Assembly: GCF_009914755.1 (NCBI RefSeq) | Contig: NC_060935.1 | Source: the human T2T-CHM13v2.0 reference genome, Homo sapiens | Reading direction: 5' to 3' (one strand) | DNA length: 64,000 nt | Part shown: in pieces, positions 51,040-64,000 of the stretch | Layout: each line of letters begins with the position of its first letter | How positions within the stretch are numbered: position 1 is the first letter of the stretch | Position numbers and translations under genes: made by a program | The notes under the pieces: generated by a model | Told to the model about the DNA's origin: nothing | Seen by the model: the letters and a program-made list of their open reading frames with translations, nothing else | Databases searched by the model: none

Positions 51040-53046
51040 TTTCCTATAGAGTTGTTTGAGCTCCTTATATATTCTCATTATTAATCCTCTGTCAGATGGA
51101 TATTTTGCAAATATTGTCTCCCATTCTGTGGGTTGTTGCTTCACTTTGTTGATTATTTCCTTTGCTGTGCAGAAACTTTTTAACTTGATGTGATCCCACT
51201 TGTCCATTTTTGCTTTGGTTGCCTGTGCTTGCAGGGTATTACTCAATCTTTGCCTAGTCCTATGTCTTAGAGAGTTTCTCAGTGTTTTCTTTTAGTAGTT
51301 TCATAGTTTGAGGTCTTAGATTTAAGTCTTTAATCCATTTTGATTTGATTTTTGTATATGGCAAGAGATAGGGGTCTTAATTCTTCTGCATATGAATATA
51401 TCCAGTTTCTCCAGCACCATTTATTGAAGAGATTGTCCTTTCTCCAATGTATGTTCTTGACAACTTTGTCAAAAATGAGTTCACTGCAGATAGGTAGATT
51501 TGATTCTGGGTTCTCTATTCTGTTCCACTGGTATTTGTTTTTATGCCAGTACCATGCTGTTTTGGTTACTATAGCTTTGTAGTATAATTAGAAGTCACAC
51601 AATATGATTCCTTGAGTTCTTTTTGTTCAGGATAGCTGGATAGCTTTGGTTATTCTGGGTCTTTTGTGGTTCTGTCAAAATTTTAGGATTGCTTTTTCTA
51701 TCTCTGTGAAGAATGGCACTGGTATTTTGAAAGAGACTGCATTGAATCTGTAGACTGCTTTGGGTAGTATTGACATTTTAAGAATATTTATTCTCCCAAT
51801 CCATCAACATGGAATATCTTTCCATTTGTTTGTGTCCTCTTCAATTTATTCCTTCCTTCCTTTTTTATTTTTATTATTATTATACTTTAAGTTTTAGGGT
51901 ACATGTGCACAATGTGCAGGTTAGTTACATATGTTCGCTTTTGTTGCCTAGGCTGGAGTGCACTGGCACAATCCTGGCTCACTGCAACCTCCATCTCTTG
52001 AATTCAAGCGATTCTCCTGTCTCAGCCTCCCAATTTCTTTCATTTTAAGAGACCTTTCACTTCTTTGGTTAATTCCTATGTATTTTAATGTATTTGTAGC
52101 TATTGTAAATGACATTACTTTCTTGATTTATTTTTCAGAATGCTTACTGTTCACATATAGAAATGCTACTTATTTTTGTATGTTGATTTTGTATCCTGCA
52201 ACTTTACTAAAGGTGTTTATCAGTTTGAATATTTTGGTGGAGTCTTCAGGTTTTTCAAAATATAAGCCTACATCATCTGCAAAGAATAATAATTTGACTT
52301 CTTCCTTTCCACTTTGGATGCTCTTTCTTTCTTTCGTCTGACTGCTGTAGCTAGGACTTCCAGTACTATGTTGAACAACAGTGGTAAAAGTGGGCATCCT
52401 TGTCATGTTCCAAATCTTAGAGGAAACGCATTCAGTTTTTCTCCATTCAATATGATACTCATTGTGGGTCTGTTATACATGGCTTTTATTGTATTGAGAT
52501 ATGTTCCCTCTATACCCAGTTTATTGAGGGGTTTTATCATAAGGGGAGGCTAAATTTTATCAAATGCTTTTTCAGTATCAATTGAAATGATCATATAGTT
52601 TTTGCCCTTCACACAGAGTGATTTGTGTATGTTGAACCATCCCTGCATTCTTGGGATACATTCCACTTGGTCATGATGAATAATCTTTTTAATGCGTTGT
52701 TGAATTCAGTTTGCTAGTATTTTGTTGAGGATTTTTGCATTAATGTTCATCAGGGATACTGGCTTGTAGTTTTTATTTTTTGATGTGTCTTTGTCTGATT
52801 TTGGTATCAGGGTAATGCTGGCCTTAGAGAATGAGATGGGAAGTATTCCCCCCTCCTCTATTTTTTGGAATTGGTTGAGTAAAATTGGTATTAGTTATTC
52901 TTTAAATGTTTGATAAAATTCAGCAGCAAAGCCACCCAGTCCCAGGCTTTTCCTTGCTGAGAGACTTTCTATTACAGCTTTGATCTTGTTACTTGTTTTT
53001 TCATCTCTTCAGGTTTTGAATTTCTTCATGGCTCAATCTTGGTAGG

Positions 53047-53819
<773 letters not shown>

Positions 53820-53939
53820 TAATGGTCCTTTGAATTTCTGTGGTATTGGTTGTAATGTCTCCTTTTTCACTTCTGATTTTATTTATTTGGTTATTCTCTT
53901 TTTTTCCTCACTAGTCTGGCTAAAGGTTTGCTGATTTTC

Positions 53940-56420
<2,481 letters not shown>

Positions 56421-56491
56421 AAAAGGTTTATCAATTTTGTTAATCTTTTCAAAAAACTAGCTTTTAATTTCATTGACCTTTTGGTACACAA

Positions 56492-58820
<2,329 letters not shown>

Positions 58821-59932
58821 TACTTTTTTTGGTTAGACTTCGAAGTATTAAGAACAGTAACACTAGACAAATTAATTTTCAAATAAATGTAGAATAACAT
58901 TGTTATTTTCTGAATTCTTTTTTTAAATTTATTTTTCTGAATTCTTAAATGAACTTTGTTATTAATTGGAAGGCATTTCCTTATGGAGACAAAAAGCAAG
59001 CACACACAAACAAATTATAAAGGCCAGTAGAGCTACCTTCAGAGTTACTATCCTAGAGAAAATACCTATGACAACATCTGCTTCAGTTACATATACAAAG
59101 CATTTCATAAAATATTAAGAAGAAAAGCAAGCTTCATAAATAATTAAAGTTTAACAAAAGCTCCTAGGGCCATCTGTTTCCATTTAGGGGATGAATGATA
59201 TAGGAAGCACTTTAACATTTACAGTATGTTGGATGAATTACCACCAAAATATCTTTGGGGATATGTCACATTTTGAACATGGTAATAATAATATAAAATA
59301 AAAAAAATCTAAAAAGTGTCAAACTTCCCTTTAGGTTGCTTTCAGCAGCATAGCAAGAGCAGCATAACAAGCTCTTCATAACAGAAAAACACATGGCATA
59401 AAACTTGTAGGCCTCTTCTGGTACTTGGAACAAAAGGGCACTACATTATTCTTATTAAATTTTTATTCCTACCACTTTCAATTTAAATGTAAGAGCATCT
59501 CATTTATTCCTCATTTCTGGGGAGTGAGATACTCATATGAGTGAATGCAGAAAATGAAAGCTTATCTCTTTATGTGTCCAAACTAGTTCATAAATTCTTA
59601 ATTCATTTTCTATTAAAATAATACAAGCTAAAGAGAATATAGTAGAAGATCATGGAAAGCACTATGTGTGAGTGTGTAACCTCAGGCCAAGCCACATAAA
59701 CTTCTGAGTCCAATTTCCTCCATATAAAATGAACATGGTAATGGCGACCTCATGGGATTCAAGATATATCCCATGCTAAAAGTCTTAAGAAATTGTTAAG
59801 TGTGTGTAAAATATTAGCTATCTGTTACGACTATAATGTTTCCTGTTTTATAAACTAAGGGTAGTGTCTCCAGTCCAACTTATTCTTGGAAAAAAACATT
59901 TCAAAGAATTTTGCTAGAAGATAACCTCTCTG

Positions 59933-60032
59933 ATAAAATTAGAATAAATGTCGTTGGATTAAAAATACAATTTATAATAAAATTAGAATAAATGTCGTTG
60001 GATTAAAAATACAATTTATAATAAAATTAGAA
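59933..60032. repeat. Perfect 44-bp tandem duplication (~2.3 copies)
   Basis: ataaaattagaataaatgtcgttggattaaaaatacaatttata at 59933 and 59977, partial third copy at 60021. Confidence 0.95.
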
Positions 60033-60632
60033 ATAAAAATGTCACCCTACCACATATTCCAACTGAATGGAAACTGAAAAACTCATTTCTAAATAATCAT
60101 GGGTTAATAAGGAGAAAAAAATAGATATAAAACAAAAGCCCTACATATCACAGAATGCAGTTCAAGCAGAAAGACACTTTTTTAAAAGCTTTAAACAAAT
60201 TTACTTAAAAACAAGAAAGACTGAAAATATAGGATCTAAATAGAAAAAGAAGCTTGAGAAAGAACAATAACATAAACTGTAAGACAGTAGAAATAATGAA
60301 TATAAAGGCAAAAATTAAGGAAATAGACACAACACTGAGAAGCAGAATAAAGGTCATTTTATCTGGTTCTTGGCAAAGATTAATAAAATAGACTGGCAAG
60401 TCTGGTCAAAATAAGACAGAGGGCACACACAATATTAAAAACAAAAACAGAGACAATTCTAGAAGCAAACAAGTTTATGACATCAAATCTGATAAATGAA
60501 ATGGACAACTGCCTAGGAAAATTGGACATTTTAATGAAATGGACAATTGTCCAGGAAAATGTAAGTTACCCAAATATACTGAAAAAGAGACAGAAAATCT
60601 AAATGGACAAATAAACATAAAAAATTTGATCA

Positions 60633-60777
60633 CGGCTGGGCATGGTGGCTCATGCCTGTAATCCCAGCACTTTGAGAGGCAAGGCGGGTGGACCACTTGA
60701 GGCCAGGACTTCAAGACCAGCCTGATCAACATGTTGAAACCTTGTCTCTACTAAAAATAACAACAACAACAACAAAA
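60633..60777 (+). mobile_element. Alu left arm with (AAC)n
   Basis: Alu consensus. Confidence 0.87.
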
Positions 60778-62002
60778 TTGTTCACTCAAAAATCAACCAC
60801 TTCATAGAAGGAACAAAGATAAGATTTTTTCATAGACTTTTCCCCCAACATTCTTTTCTGAAAAATTCAAATATATATACATTAAAATCAAACAAATTAT
60901 ACAGTAAATACTTATATACATACTACATAGATTCCTCAATTAATGTTTTACTACATTTTCCTTTTCTCTTAGATTTTGGGGGATGACAATATAGGAAAAC
61001 AGATACATGACAGGACTTCAAAGCACCAGGCTAGTGATTTTTGTATTTCCGTATCAACCTAGCATTTTTAACACTTTTATAAACACAGAATTGAGAGCTC
61101 TGGTACAGTGAAAACAAGAATATATATACAAGAGGCATTCAGGATGAAGAGTCTGTGCTTTTCTTTCCTGTCTTTGGACACTGTCATGTGAAAATGGATA
61201 TCCTGATCCCTCTCCTAAAAGTATTAGCCAGTTCTCACTCTCCCTGACAAAAAAAAAAAATTGAACTGGATCTTTTAAAGTAGCAGTTATGAAATGCGTA
61301 TTTTTAAAAAATGCATTCCTTTAGTCAGGAAACATTTATTGTGAATTTAATTTATCAGATAAAAAACATTTGCCAACCACAGGAACAATTTATCTTCCAA
61401 AGGATAGTTTCACGACTGCAAAACATTTTAATCTATCAAATCTTGAAGAAAAGTCATTGCATTTATTTTCTCTGCATACAATGTGACATGTCAGCAAACC
61501 TGATGGATCTCAACACTTTTAAATGAAACGACTGCTGTCAAAGAATGACAGCATATAGATAGTAGGGCTTAATTTGAAAAAAACCCAAGACACTGTTGTT
61601 TTTATATCAATTACAAAACGCTCCTTTTCCCTTCGTGCTCTTTTAGTACTCTTTGTACTGACACATGACCTGTTGTTTCCCCCATGTGAGCAGAGTGCAT
61701 TTAAACTCTGAGTAGAATACAAAACTGTTTAAACCCTTCTCAAAGGCAATGCACATGGCAATGGGCCAATGTTCTAAGCTACCTTGTATCAGCACCTCTC
61801 TTTTTGCCCTTGGTGCCATCTTCAACTCATCAACAAGGAGAACAGAATCTCCTCCAACTTTGTTAGAAGGAATGCTGTTACCAGGAAATTTGTTCGTTAA
61901 TGCATTCTTCTAATATCACTAGTACCTTCATTTTCTTTGTATGCAGAAATACTTTAGCTTCTAAGTTGGATAACACTACACGTTGCACTAAAGGTAACTT
62001 AC

Positions 62003-62125
62003 CTTGCTGGAGTTTTCTAATAAAAACTGGAATGTGTTCTGCACAGCTTGGCATGTTTCTAGCTCAGTCCGGCTGAAGGCTATTAAATAATCCTTGAGAT
62101 GATCATACACATTTCCATCAAGAGC
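62003..62125 (-). CDS. FCHSD2: FCHSD2 coding exon, 123 nt, ALDGNVYDHLKDYLIAFSRTELETCQAVQNTFQFLLENSSK (F-BAR region)
   Basis: Acceptor ...ctattacag|GCT, donor AAG|gtaagt, phase 0-0; peptide matches my recall of human FCHSD2. Confidence 0.96.
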
Positions 62126-62949
62126 CTGTAATAGAGGAGTAAATAAAAGAAAAAAAATTACAGTAAAGCCTTGACATATGATATCTTCTGCCTATGAGAA
62201 AAGTAGGTATGTTCAGTTTAAAATTTATTATTAATAATAAATGGACAAAAGATACAGATTGTAAGTAAATATGAACAGTTAACAATCACTTGAGAAAATG
62301 TTGAATCTCTCTAATAAACAGGAACTAAAAGAGGTAAGATCCAATATTGGTAAAGCTGTGGGAAAACAGGACACAACTTAGAGACAAAATGCGTGGGTTC
62401 TGATCTTTGCTCATCTGCTTAGGTGTAGGAGTTAAGTGAAATAATAAACGTGAAAGGATGCAGGTGCAGTGCCTGGAAAAGAGTAGACACTCTACAATAA
62501 TCTCCGTTTTCCCCCAATCCATTATTGGTAGGATTATACATTGGTATATGTATATTTACTGAACAGCAGTGACAGAAAAAACACAATAGAAATATTAAAA
62601 AAAGAAAAGTGACTCAGAGATACTGCTTTGGGGAAGAAAACCCAGTGTAATATCTATGAAGGGTTGGAAACATTCTTATTTCCTTAAACATTTTGTAACA
62701 GGGATCTTTGAAATAAAAAAAAAGGAGAGAAAATCACTGAACATTTGAGGAATGATTAAGCTATGATGTGTACTGTCACCAAAATAAAAACCGTGGAAAC
62801 TGTATAGATGACAAGTATGTATCAAATAATTTTAGGTTAAAAAAACAGAATATACATATGACATATACACTAGCAATAACTATGGAAAAATATAATAATA
62901 ATAATTAATAATAATCAAGGTTCTGAAGTCTTGCCAATCAGTAGAGGTA

Positions 62950-63833
62950 AAAATTGAGGTAAAATTCACCCAATATAAGTCACCATTTTAATAATTTTAA
63001 AGTGTACAACTCAGTGGCTTTTAGTACACTGACAAAGTTGTTTAACAATTTCCATTATCTAATTCCAGAACATTTCCACCACTTCTCCAAAAACACTGTA
63101 CCTGTTAAGTGGTCATTCTCCATCCCTTCCTTCCCCCAGCCCCTGGCAACCACTAGTCTGCTTTCTACCTCTATGGATTTGCCTACTCTGGATATTTCAT
63201 ATAAATCAAATCATATAATATATGACTTTTGGTGCCTGGCTTCTGTTGCCCAGCATAATATTTTCAAGGCTCATTGATTTATCAGTACTTCATTCCTTTT
63301 TACAGCTTAATAATATTCAGTTGTACCACATTTTGTTTATTAATCAGGTGATATAAATTTGCCTTTTCCCCATTTTTTGACTATTATAAATAATGCTGCA
63401 AAGTTAAAAAATAAATAAATAATGCTGCTATGAACATTTGTGTACAAGGTTTTGTTTGAGCACCTGTTTCCATTTCTCTTGGGAATATACCCAGGAATGG
63501 AATTGCTCGGTCATATGATAACTCTATGTTTAATTTTGAGGAACTGTCAAACTGTTTTCCAGTGACTGCAACATTTTACCTTTCTACTAGCAATGTATGA
63601 GGGTTCAAATTCTCCACACCCTTGCCAACACTTATTCTTTTGTATTTTGGTATTTTTTTTTTAAATTATGAAAGCCATATTAGTGATTAGGAACGGTATA
63701 TCTTTGTAGTTTTGATTTGCATTTCTCTAATGACTATGTTGAGCAACTTTTCATGTGCTTATTTGGCCATTTGTATATCTTCTTTGGTGAAAAGCCTACT
63801 CAAGTCCTTAACTCATTTTTAAATTAGGTTGTC
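62950..63833 (-). mobile_element. L1MB-type 3' end
   Basis: L1M 3' UTR consensus. Confidence 0.8.
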
Positions 63834-64000
63834 AGGTTGGGTGTGGTGGGTCACGCCTGTAATCCCAGCACTTTGAGAGGCTGAGGTGGGCGGATCAAGA
63901 GATCAGGAGTTCGAGACCAGCCTGGCCAAAATGGTGAAACCCCGTCTCTACTAAAAATACAAAAATTAGCTGATGTAGTGGCGTCTGCCTGTAATCCCAG
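63834..64000 (+). mobile_element. Alu (runs off the window)
   Basis: Alu consensus. Confidence 0.9.

Noticed and set aside
61643-61825. Minus-strand ORF MAPRAKREV..., resembling the RPL23A start and followed by CAAG|gtagct
   Set aside because: Similarity is limited to a few codons, with no convincing acceptor, A-tail or TSD.

Overview
Primate (almost certainly human) genomic DNA, mostly intronic and heavily loaded with Alu, L1, LTR and DNA-transposon relics. The only protein-coding sequence is five minus-strand GT-AG exons (62003-62125, 42745-42840, 30033-30149, 27674-27778, 8066-8227). They splice in phase 0 into a 201-codon stretch I recognise as the end of the F-BAR region and following coiled coil of FCHSD2. 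A sixth, well-signposted 72-nt in-frame cassette exon lies at 40460-40531. A candidate cryptic exon at 25732-25803 would encode an RxLPPxP class I SH3-ligand motif. Other elements: a full-length U6 retropseudogene, an old SVA (SVA_A-like), solo LTRs with TSDs, a probable L1 3' transduction next to an exon branch point, and several fold-back (templated-insertion) scars. Nearly all ORFs in the supplied track are repeat-derived noise. There is no prokaryotic-type system and no CRISPR array. Exon boundaries were counted base by base; repeat boundaries are approximate, and subfamily names come from my recall of consensus sequences.
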